A stretch of 64,000 nucleotides of DNA from contig JAZURX010000021.1 in NCBI GenBank assembly GCA_045606385.1, positions 6,677 to 70,676 of the forward strand. Reading direction: 5' to 3'. This stretch comes from Bacteroidales bacterium. Its GTDB lineage: Bacteria > Bacteroidota > Bacteroidia > Bacteroidales > UBA11471. A program made the position numbers and the translations under genes. Each line of letters begins with the position of its first letter. Within the stretch, counting starts at the first letter, position 1. The notes under the pieces are model-generated. The model was not told where the DNA came from, made no database searches, and saw nothing but the letters and a program-made list of their open reading frames with translations. Below, in pieces: positions 21,714 through 29,866 of the stretch.

Positions 21714-21721
21714 CAAATATA
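21714..21721 (-). promoter_or_regulatory. -7 promoter box for small ORF A
   Basis: Minus strand reads TATATTTG. The 28 nt before the ATG are 21/28 identical to those upstream of ORF C. Confidence 0.45.
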
Positions 21722-21741
21722 TTCGTTTTTTTTTATTATGC

Positions 21742-21758
21742 AATTCTGTGACTTTTGC
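21742..21758. repeat. Copy 1 of the second repeated element AATTCTGTGACTTTTGC
   Basis: Near-identical to 21940-21955 (AATTCTGTCACTTTGC). Occupies the same position relative to the 18-nt motif. Confidence 0.8.
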
Positions 21759-21780
21759 TTGGGTGGACAAGTGTGTTACG

Positions 21781-21798
21781 TAATTTATATTATGTTAA
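21781..21798. repeat. Copy 2 of the 18-nt motif TAATTTATATTATGTTAA
   Basis: Exact copy. Contains the stop codon of small ORF B in a different frame from A and C. Confidence 0.9.
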
Positions 21799-21906
21799 TA
21801 ATACAGATAACACTCCTATAGACAAAATTATCATAACGCTTAATAACATAGAGGCTAAGTATAACATTATTAAGACAAGGACTGTTTTTATTAGTTTCTC
21901 AATCAT
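21790..21906 (-). CDS. Candidate 38-aa hydrophobic micropeptide (unit B); alternative 25-aa form starts at the ATG at 21867
   Basis: My own translation gives MIEKLIKTVLVLIMLYLASMLLSVMIILSIGVLSVLLT. The TATATTTG box sits only 4 nt upstream of the first ATG, so the internal ATG may be the true start. Confidence 0.3.
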   Translation of the reverse strand: MIEKLIKTVLVLIMLYLASMLLSVMIILSIGVLSVLLT

Positions 21907-21910
21907 ACGC

Positions 21911-21918
21911 CAAATATA
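21911..21918 (-). promoter_or_regulatory. -7 promoter box for small ORF B
   Basis: Minus strand reads TATATTTG. Confidence 0.4.
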
Positions 21919-21939
21919 TGTATTTATTTTGATAAAAAA

Positions 21940-21955
21940 AATTCTGTCACTTTGC
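21940..21955. repeat. Copy 2 of the second repeated element (AATTCTGTCACTTTGC)
   Basis: See 21742-21758. Confidence 0.8.
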
Positions 21956-21966
21956 CCTTTTAAGAA

Positions 21967-21984
21967 TAATTTATATTATGTTAA
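21967..21984. repeat. Copy 3 of the 18-nt motif TAATTTATATTATGTTAA
   Basis: Exact copy. Contains the stop codon of small ORF C. Confidence 0.9.
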
Positions 21985-22075
21985 GCCAACCATATATTAC
22001 CGAAATTATTATTGCTAACACACGGAATATAATAGGCAAGGCAATAAAGAAAAGCATTATTTGTATGAAACGCAT
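21971..22075 (-). CDS. Candidate 34-aa hydrophobic micropeptide (unit C)
   Basis: My own translation gives MRFIQIMLFFIALPIIFRVLAIIISVIYGWLNII. A TATATTTA box lies 16 nt upstream, and the leader is homologous to that of ORF A. Confidence 0.35.
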   Translation of the reverse strand: MRFIQIMLFFIALPIIFRVLAIIISVIYGWLNII

Positions 22076-22091
22076 TTTTTTTCGTTTGAGA

Positions 22092-22099
22092 TAAATATA
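22092..22099 (-). promoter_or_regulatory. Near-consensus -7 box for small ORF C
   Basis: Minus strand reads TATATTTA (final G replaced by A). Confidence 0.3.
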
Positions 22100-22146
22100 T
22101 CGATTTTAATATGCAATATTTATTCTATTCTTTGGTATTATATAGT

Positions 22147-23148
22147 TTAAATATTTTTGCAGACATAAAGGCGGGTCTCGGCGCAAAATTCTTCGCCCGG
22201 AGCGATGGATTGGAATCCGTATGCCTGCGGGTTTGAGAGGTTTGGCGCGTTGATGGCCCATGTTTGTGGCTCGGGGCAGGCGTAGGGTACATTGCCACCG
22301 TTGTTCCAGAAAGTCCAATATTTGAATTGGTCATCGACTTCGTAGCATACCGACATACCTGTCTCTGTGTCGGTAACGATGGCGCCACTGAAAGGCTCTC
22401 CATCTATTTCGAGCGGGTTGTTTACAAGTGCCCATTCCATGGCTATGCCACAGGGTTTTATTCCGTTCTCGCGGAGAGGCGCAGAATCATGTGTAAGGTG
22501 GAATACGGTTTCGGTGGGCAGACCTCGTTCGTTGAGTTCCATCAATCCATCGACCGACATACGCAGACGATAGTTGTCGGCATTGCCATCGGCCGTGAAA
22601 GGCACGTTTATGGGAGTGTGAAATCCCATGCCTACCGGCATGTTTTCGTTACCAAAGTTAACAAAAATTGTGGCTTGATGCAACCCTTCGCTGTCGAGAC
22701 GGAATATCATGTGACAAGCAAATTCGTGGGGGAAGTTGCGATATATGGCGTCATTTATGCGATTACAATAATATACGGCTTCGATTTCGACATAGTCATC
22801 ATCTTCTTCGGTACGGCATACAGTGAAAGGTTCGCTCTTGATGATACCGTGGTGATAGTTGTTTTGCGCCGGTATAGTGATGGGATATTGGTATGTACGA
22901 CCATCGAATGTGTATTTGCCGTCGGCGATGCGGTTGGGCGGGAACAGCAGCGGAAGACCATATATTTGCGGGCGTTCTTTGAAATTTTCCATCTCTTCGG
23001 CAGAGGGAGTGCGTAAGATATTTATGCCCGATGCAGTGTGTTTAAGGGTTACAACATTGGCACCGACCGATGGTACCAATACCGCTTCGTATCCTCCGGC
23101 AGCGAATTTTACAGCCGGGATACCATTGAAATCGATTTTTTCAATCAT
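22147..23148 (-). CDS. Aldose 1-epimerase (galactose mutarotase-like) family protein
   Basis: 333 aa with LFPPNRI and HHG motifs; overall pattern is typical of the aldose-epimerase superfamily. Confidence 0.8.
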   Translation of the reverse strand: MIEKIDFNGIPAVKFAAGGYEAVLVPSVGANVVTLKHTASGINILRTPSAEEMENFKERPQIYGLPLLFPPNRIADGKYTFDGRTYQYPITIPAQNNYHHGIIKSEPFTVCRTEEDDDYVEIEAVYYCNRINDAIYRNFPHEFACHMIFRLDSEGLHQATIFVNFGNENMPVGMGFHTPINVPFTADGNADNYRLRMSVDGLMELNERGLPTETVFHLTHDSAPLRENGIKPCGIAMEWALVNNPLEIDGEPFSGAIVTDTETGMSVCYEVDDQFKYWTFWNNGGNVPYACPEPQTWAINAPNLSNPQAYGFQSIAPGEEFCAETRLYVCKNI

Positions 23149-23238
23149 GGTATATAGGTATTAAATGAGAAGTCTTGTTATTTCATTTCAAATATAGTCA
23201 TTTTTTTTAATAACGATTGCTATTTGCACGATTTTTGC

Positions 23239-23273
23239 GAAAAAAAACGACTGTGCCATGAGACACAGTCGTC
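23239..23273 (-). terminator. Rho-independent terminator of mdh
   Basis: Minus strand reads GACGACTGTG-loop-CACAGTCGTC followed by a T8 run. Confidence 0.85.
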
Positions 23274-23295
23274 GCATATGTTATCAGGAATGATA

Positions 23296-24225
23296 TTAGA
23301 GGTTGAGGGCGGCGTTGGTTTTGCGCACAGCTTCGGCACTTGCTTTGAAGAGGGCTTTTTCTTCGTCGTTGAGTTTGAAATCGACCACTTTTTCCCAACC
23401 GGTGCGACCCAAAACAACGGGAACACCTATGCAAATGTCGCTTTCACCGTATTCTCCTTCGAGGTAAACACTGCAAGCGACAATCTTTTTTTGGTCGCGA
23501 ATAATCGATTCGGCAACGTATGCAGCTGCAGCACCGGGAGCGTACCATGCCGAGGTGCCGAGCAATTTGGTGAGGGTGGCACCACCTACCATGGTGTCGG
23601 CGGCAACTTTGTCGAGGGTCTCTTTGTCGAGTAATTCGCTTGCGGGAATACCTTTGTATGTGGCCAATCGGGTGAGAGGTATCATTGTGGTATCGCCATG
23701 GCCGCCTATAACTATGCCTTCGATTTCATTAGGGTTGGCATTGAGAGCTTTGCTCAAGTAACATTTGAAACGTGAGCTGTCGAGTGCGCCACCCATTCCT
23801 ATTACACGGTTTTTGGGGAGGCCGGTGGTTTTTTGTATAAGGTATGTCATGGTGTCCATCGGGTTGCTTACGCATACGATGATGGCGTTGGGCGAGTGAG
23901 CCAATACGTTATCGACTACCGATTTTACGATACCGGCATTTACGCCGATGAGTTCTTCACGAGTCATACCCGGTTTGCGGGGAATACCCGATGTGATAAT
24001 CACTACGTCCGATCCGGCGGTTTTGGTGTAGTCGTTGGTCACACCGTTTACTTTAGAATCGAACCCAAGCAGCGTTGCGGTTTGCATCATATCGAGGGCT
24101 TTGCCTTCAGATACACCTTCTTTGATGTCGAGCAAAACGATTTCGTCTGCAACTTCATTGAAAGCCAATACATTGGCGCAAGTAGCACCTACGTTACCGG
24201 CGCCTACGACTGTAATTTTTGCCAT
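23296..24225 (-). CDS. mdh: Malate dehydrogenase (LDH-like MDH)
   Basis: 309 aa beginning MAKITVVGAGNVGATCANVLAFNEVADE, with GIPRKPGMTREEL and GGHGDTMIPL-type motifs. Confidence 0.95.
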   Translation of the reverse strand: MAKITVVGAGNVGATCANVLAFNEVADEIVLLDIKEGVSEGKALDMMQTATLLGFDSKVNGVTNDYTKTAGSDVVIITSGIPRKPGMTREELIGVNAGIVKSVVDNVLAHSPNAIIVCVSNPMDTMTYLIQKTTGLPKNRVIGMGGALDSSRFKCYLSKALNANPNEIEGIVIGGHGDTTMIPLTRLATYKGIPASELLDKETLDKVAADTMVGGATLTKLLGTSAWYAPGAAAAYVAESIIRDQKKIVACSVYLEGEYGESDICIGVPVVLGRTGWEKVVDFKLNDEEKALFKASAEAVRKTNAALNL

Positions 24226-24280
24226 AATCTCTATAAATTAAAATGTTGTACGTTCTTATTATAATGTGTCAATTCGCATA

Positions 24281-24288
24281 CAAAGGTA
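24281..24288 (-). promoter_or_regulatory. -7 promoter box for mdh
   Basis: Minus strand reads TACCTTTG, about 55 nt upstream of the mdh ATG. Confidence 0.5.
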
Positions 24289-24545
24289 GTAACCTTTTTG
24301 TTTATGGAAAAATTTCCGTATTTAATTTTATTGAAAAATATATCGAAAAACGTACCGATGTTGTGAAAAACAGTATATGTCGGGTGAAGTTTATTATTTT
24401 TGCAGTAAGTTGTTGTGCTTGTTGAAAGAGCATTTTGCAAAGTGAAGTTGTCAAAATAGAACATAATATGGGAATTTTCAGAGAAATAGAAAAAAATAGC
24501 AGTTATTTTTCTTGGTTAAAAATATGTGATTAAAGATAAAATAAC

Positions 24546-24553
24546 TACCTTTG
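24546..24553 (+). promoter_or_regulatory. -7 promoter box for gap
   Basis: TACCTTTG, about 80 nt upstream of the gap ATG. Confidence 0.5.
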
Positions 24554-24611
24554 CGGTCGAAAATGGAGAAATCGTATTTCGAACAAAGTAAACAAAGAAA
24601 CGTTATTATAA

Positions 24612-25640
<1,029 letters not shown>

Positions 25641-25664
25641 TATTATATATCGTTATACAGAATA

Positions 25665-25700
25665 ATCGGCGGCTCATTGCGAGTCGCCGATTTATTTTAT
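25665..25700 (+). terminator. Rho-independent terminator of gap
   Basis: 11-bp stem ATCGGCGGCTC / GAGTCGCCGAT, 5-nt loop, T-rich tail. Confidence 0.8.
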
Positions 25701-25886
25701 AAATATAGGCAATGTCGGGATTCTATATGTAAATATTATAGTTTTTTTGGGAAGGTGCTTATAAACTGTTTGAAAAGCTGTTGTCGCTTTTTTGAGCATT
25801 TTGATGAGTATTGTGTGCTGATTTGTTTATGAGTGTCGGCAAAAATTAAAATACTATAAAAATTAGTTTTGTTTGCGTTTTTTGCA

Positions 25887-25894
25887 TATATTTG
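25887..25894 (+). promoter_or_regulatory. -7 promoter box heading the 12-gene SusCD/ABC array
   Basis: TATATTTG, 31 nt upstream of the ATG at 25926. Confidence 0.55.
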
Positions 25895-25925
25895 CATTTC
25901 AATTTACAAGTATCTTGAACCTGTA

Positions 25926-28388
25926 ATGGAGAATCTTTTCCCCAAAAAATATATAGTGGTTATAAGCATGCTGATGTGTGCTTGTGTCTTGTCGCATGCG
26001 CAAAATGATGGGCAAGAAGCAAAGATGGCCGACTCCGGTAAGGAACATGCGATGCTTGCCGGTGACAGAGTGCTCTCGGGAGAGGATTTGCGACAAGTAG
26101 GAGCTGTAAATCTTTGGGGTGCCATTACGGCTATGGAGCCGGCTCTTATCGATGACGCCGTGACGCTTTATGGTGATGCTCCCTCGTTGTACGAGCACGA
26201 TGTGGCAATACAAGGCCATTATACTTGGTCGGCATGGGGTAGTGCGCCATCTGTAGCCTATTATATTGATGGTGCAGAGGTTACAAGTTATCAATTCTCG
26301 TGTGTCAATATACAAGATGTTGCCGAAGTTATAATATATAAAGACCCAATTTCTCTTTCTCGTATGGCTATCGGTGGCGCGGAAGGAGCCATAGAGGTGG
26401 TGACTCGCACACCCGACAAGGGAAAGTTGCGGGTAAATTATATGTTTGATGCGCAATTCCAATCGCCTGACCGCAGGAATCGAGTCGTGACGTCGGGTCT
26501 GCCGGGATATGATTGGAAAGAAGAGCCTTTGCGTACAGGGTTTTCGCATCGTCATAAAGCCGATGTGAGTGGCGGAGATGATTATGTGCGATATAGTTTC
26601 TCGGTCGAAGGAGACCCTTCGGGACAAGGTGTGATGAAAGACGACTATCACAAGACGCTTGGTTTGAGTAACTATATTTCGTATCGCAAGCAGGCGGTAT
26701 CTATATCGAACCGATTATCGTTTTATCAAACAAAAGACAATGCAAGTCCGTATGGCTCGTACGACTATTATACAGCATTGTCGCCTTCGATATATCCATA
26801 TAGTAAGAGTGGAAATACGCTGACATTGTTGCCCGATGGGTCGCTCAATCCTTTGTATGAGGTATCGACCGGCAGTTTCAGTCGGGATAAAATACAGACT
26901 ATACAAGATCATTTGCGTATCAATGTCGCATTACCGTATAATTTATCTATCGATGGCGCATTTACGTTTATTCGAGAAACGGCACGCAACAATTTATACA
27001 TATCGCCCTCGTCGGGAAGGTATGCCGATGCCGAAGCAGGCAGCCACACCGGACGTTACGATATAACGCGCGATAACGAGTTGTCGTTCGATGGAGCCTT
27101 TGCATTGAACTATGATAAACAGATACAAGGGTCGCACATATCGGCATCGGGAGCTGTATCGGTACAAGGTGTGACAACTTACGATGAGACCTACGGAGGG
27201 ATAGGTATATCGACCGATCGTATGGCACATATTTCGTTTACAAAGAGTTATAATACCAACGAAAAGGCTGTGGCACATCGTTATTACGATCGTAGTATTA
27301 CAGGGGATTTTTCGCTCGAATATAGTTACAAAGGACGTTATAGTGCTATTGGTGGGCTTGTGTTGCAAAAATCATCGATATTGGCTCCTGAGTCACGATT
27401 GGCAATATTTTATAATGCCGGTGCGCAGTGGAATCTGCATAATGAGTCATTTATGCAAGATACGGAGGTAGACCGATTGATAATTTCGTATGCGCATGGT
27501 ACAAGTGGAGATGTGATTTTCGGAGATGAAGCGTATCGGGTTACGTATGATACCAATGTGGGCAATGAATATATATATAACTATTATTTAATAGGTTCTT
27601 CGATAGTGATGATGCCCAATAATGCATTGAAACATTATAAGGTGACTCGCAATCAATTGTTGCTTTCGACGCAGTGGCGAGGTTTGTCATTATCGTTTAT
27701 GGGATATGCTCATCGCACGATCGATATGCCTATTATCAGTAGATTACCTCTTGCGACCGGTTATCCCCATACGTTCGATAATGGAGGTGAGCTTATCAAT
27801 CGTGGCGTGGAAATGAATCTGTCGGCCGATATATTGTCGAAGGGAAATTACAGCTTTTCCACTTTTATTTCATTGATGCACAATCGTAATCGCATCGAAA
27901 AGTTGCCCGAATATTTTGCCACGATCTATAATAAGACACTGACCGATAATTATGAAACTGTGGTTGCCGAAAATATAGTACCTTATTTCTTGCAAGAGGG
28001 ACATTCGGTGACCGAATTATATCGCCATGCCGATGATGGAACTCTTGTGGCTGTAGGGTCTACTACTCCTAAGATACAAGGTAATTGGGGATTTTCGGCA
28101 GGATACAAGCAGTTGCGTTTGAATGTAGTAACCACTTTCTCGGCCGGGGCAGTGGCGTTCAATCCCGATGTCGCCATGGAAGCGACAACTGAAGTGGAAG
28201 CAAAAGATAATCGTTTTGGCCTACGTTCGGTACAATTGTCATATACTTTCTCTCCGTGGAAAATTTCCCGCATACAATTTTTGGCTACCGGTGAGAATTT
28301 AGTGCGTTATACATCGTCTCCTTATGGATTAGGACGTTTGTATCCATGTGCGAGAACATTCACATTATCACTTCGATTAGAACTTTGA
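25926..28388 (+). CDS. Short, divergent SusC/RagA-like TonB-dependent outer-membrane protein; lacks the N-terminal STN and carboxypeptidase-regulatory-like domains
   Basis: About 820 aa from MENLFPKKYIVVISMLMCACVLSHAQ (signal peptide). The plug region aligns by eye with the SusC at 29867 (IQG/IRG, YIDGAEV/ILDGFEV, GKLRVNY/GKLQVSY). The C-terminus is LRLEL rather than the usual terminal Phe. The track start at 25869 is rejected. Confidence 0.75.
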   Translation: MENLFPKKYIVVISMLMCACVLSHAQNDGQEAKMADSGKEHAMLAGDRVLSGEDLRQVGAVNLWGAITAMEPALIDDAVTLYGDAPSLYEHDVAIQGHYTWSAWGSAPSVAYYIDGAEVTSYQFSCVNIQDVAEVIIYKDPISLSRMAIGGAEGAIEVVTRTPDKGKLRVNYMFDAQFQSPDRRNRVVTSGLPGYDWKEEPLRTGFSHRHKADVSGGDDYVRYSFSVEGDPSGQGVMKDDYHKTLGLSNYISYRKQAVSISNRLSFYQTKDNASPYGSYDYYTALSPSIYPYSKSGNTLTLLPDGSLNPLYEVSTGSFSRDKIQTIQDHLRINVALPYNLSIDGAFTFIRETARNNLYISPSSGRYADAEAGSHTGRYDITRDNELSFDGAFALNYDKQIQGSHISASGAVSVQGVTTYDETYGGIGISTDRMAHISFTKSYNTNEKAVAHRYYDRSITGDFSLEYSYKGRYSAIGGLVLQKSSILAPESRLAIFYNAGAQWNLHNESFMQDTEVDRLIISYAHGTSGDVIFGDEAYRVTYDTNVGNEYIYNYYLIGSSIVMMPNNALKHYKVTRNQLLLSTQWRGLSLSFMGYAHRTIDMPIISRLPLATGYPHTFDNGGELINRGVEMNLSADILSKGNYSFSTFISLMHNRNRIEKLPEYFATIYNKTLTDNYETVVAENIVPYFLQEGHSVTELYRHADDGTLVAVGSTTPKIQGNWGFSAGYKQLRLNVVTTFSAGAVAFNPDVAMEATTEVEAKDNRFGLRSVQLSYTFSPWKISRIQFLATGENLVRYTSSPYGLGRLYPCARTFTLSLRLEL

Positions 28389-28389
28389 T

Positions 28390-29856
28390 ATGAGTAAAAT
28401 CTTGAGTTATATATTTGCGTTATCATTGTTACTGCCCACATTGTCGTGTAGTGATTGGTTCGATGTGCCATCGGACAATGAAAATATACCCGATTATAAA
28501 TATTTTGGAGACGAAAGTGCGTTTTACAACGCATTGGTAGGGGTATATACGCAGTTACGTGATGCCGATTTGTATGGTGAAAATCTTACGCTTGGTATGC
28601 TCGAGTATATGGGACAGAATTTAGTGCCAACCGATGCCACATCGCAGAGTATGAGTAAATTTTGCTATGATGATGCGGCAGTTGGAGAGAAAATCGTCAC
28701 AGTGATGCGGGAGATGTATCGCAGTATAGCAGCTTGCAATCGTATCATAGCCGAGATAGAACGTACCGATGTGGTATTTTATAATGTCGGACAGAAGGAG
28801 ATAATCGCCGGTGAATTATATGCTTTAAGAGGTGCCTTACATTTTGATTTACTACGTCTTTTTCACCCGAGTTACACATGCGATGCAACATTTGAAGGTA
28901 TATCGTATGAAACTGATTTTGCGAAGGCTACGGATAAACCGTTGACGACAGAGGTACTTATCGATAGTATAGTGAGTGATATAACGAGAGGGGCCGATTT
29001 ATTGTATCAACACGATCCTGTGCTCTCAGGTAAAAACAGTTATATAGCATTGCCGGGCGAAATTGATAGTCGTACACGTACATTTTTCTTGAATTATTAT
29101 GCGGCAACCGCGTTGCTTGCGCGGGTATATCTATATAAGGGCGATTATGTCAATGCTTATTCCTATGCCGAGGAAACATTCAATCATTTGCGTAAACTGC
29201 CGGTAAATGCTCAAATTTTCTACTATGTATCACCGGGAAAATATATAAGCGATTTTTGCTTTTCGCGGGAGCATATATGGGGAATATCATCACTGCCCAA
29301 TGGATTTACCGCATTGTCTGATTCGTTGTTTGCAACGATAGGAGTGAAAGTACGCAGTGATTTATCGGTAATATATCCCGATGTGAACGATACTCGTTTC
29401 AGAGAGTGGTTTACTCTTTGCGACGATGGTACGTATACGTTGCAACACAAGTTTGGAGCGAGTACATTGCTTACCGACTATGTGACCAACTCCGGAGGTA
29501 CTGCCACAGATCTTCCGGCACGAATCCCTATGATAAAATTGGGAGAGGTCGCTCTTATAGCGGCAGAGTCGCTCAATGAGCAGAATCTGCCTGATGAGGC
29601 TGCAGAATGGCTAATAGAGATGCAGGAATCGAAACGAAATTCGATAGTAAGTACGTTGAAGGCGGAAGGAAAAATTTCGGTAGAAAATATAAGAATGGTT
29701 ATTGCCGACGAATATAGACGAGAGTTTTGGGGAGAAGGACAACTATTCTATTTTTATAAAAGAAAAGGTTTGTCGCCCATACTGTCGAGTTCGGGTCATG
29801 AGATAATTATGACCGAAAGCGAATATACATTGCCAATACCCTCGGATATAAAATAA
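28390..29856 (+). CDS. SusD/RagB-family outer-membrane lipoprotein
   Basis: 488 aa with lipobox LLLPTLSC. N-terminal pattern SDWFDV...AFYNALVGVYTQLR and C-terminal EFWGEGQLFYFYKR are typical of SusD-like proteins. Starts 1 nt after the upstream stop. Confidence 0.88.
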   Translation: MSKILSYIFALSLLLPTLSCSDWFDVPSDNENIPDYKYFGDESAFYNALVGVYTQLRDADLYGENLTLGMLEYMGQNLVPTDATSQSMSKFCYDDAAVGEKIVTVMREMYRSIAACNRIIAEIERTDVVFYNVGQKEIIAGELYALRGALHFDLLRLFHPSYTCDATFEGISYETDFAKATDKPLTTEVLIDSIVSDITRGADLLYQHDPVLSGKNSYIALPGEIDSRTRTFFLNYYAATALLARVYLYKGDYVNAYSYAEETFNHLRKLPVNAQIFYYVSPGKYISDFCFSREHIWGISSLPNGFTALSDSLFATIGVKVRSDLSVIYPDVNDTRFREWFTLCDDGTYTLQHKFGASTLLTDYVTNSGGTATDLPARIPMIKLGEVALIAAESLNEQNLPDEAAEWLIEMQESKRNSIVSTLKAEGKISVENIRMVIADEYRREFWGEGQLFYFYKRKGLSPILSSSGHEIIMTESEYTLPIPSDIK

Positions 29857-29866
29857 TATTTCGCAA

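Noticed and set aside
21603-21984. Possibility that the three exact 18-nt repeats are a CRISPR array
   Set aside because: There are only three copies, the spacing is about 172-186 nt (far larger than CRISPR spacers), the repeat is short and AT-rich, and there are no cas genes.
21755-22018. 87-aa plus-strand ORF in the AT-rich spacer
   Set aside because: It starts at a TTG, and its composition (N/I/Y/K-rich) is what AT-rich DNA gives by chance. It runs antisense across two of the promoter/micro-ORF units and through the repeated motifs. The minus-strand organisation explains the repeats better.
25869-25925. Upstream extension of the first SusC-like ORF (TTG start). Similar extensions occur at 4272 (rsmH), 34623, 35320, 51344 and 60555.
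   Set aside because: The extension overlaps the -7 promoter box at 25887-25894 and precedes a normal signal peptide that starts at the ATG at 25926. The other extensions overlap upstream genes or precede clear lipoprotein or Walker-A N-termini.
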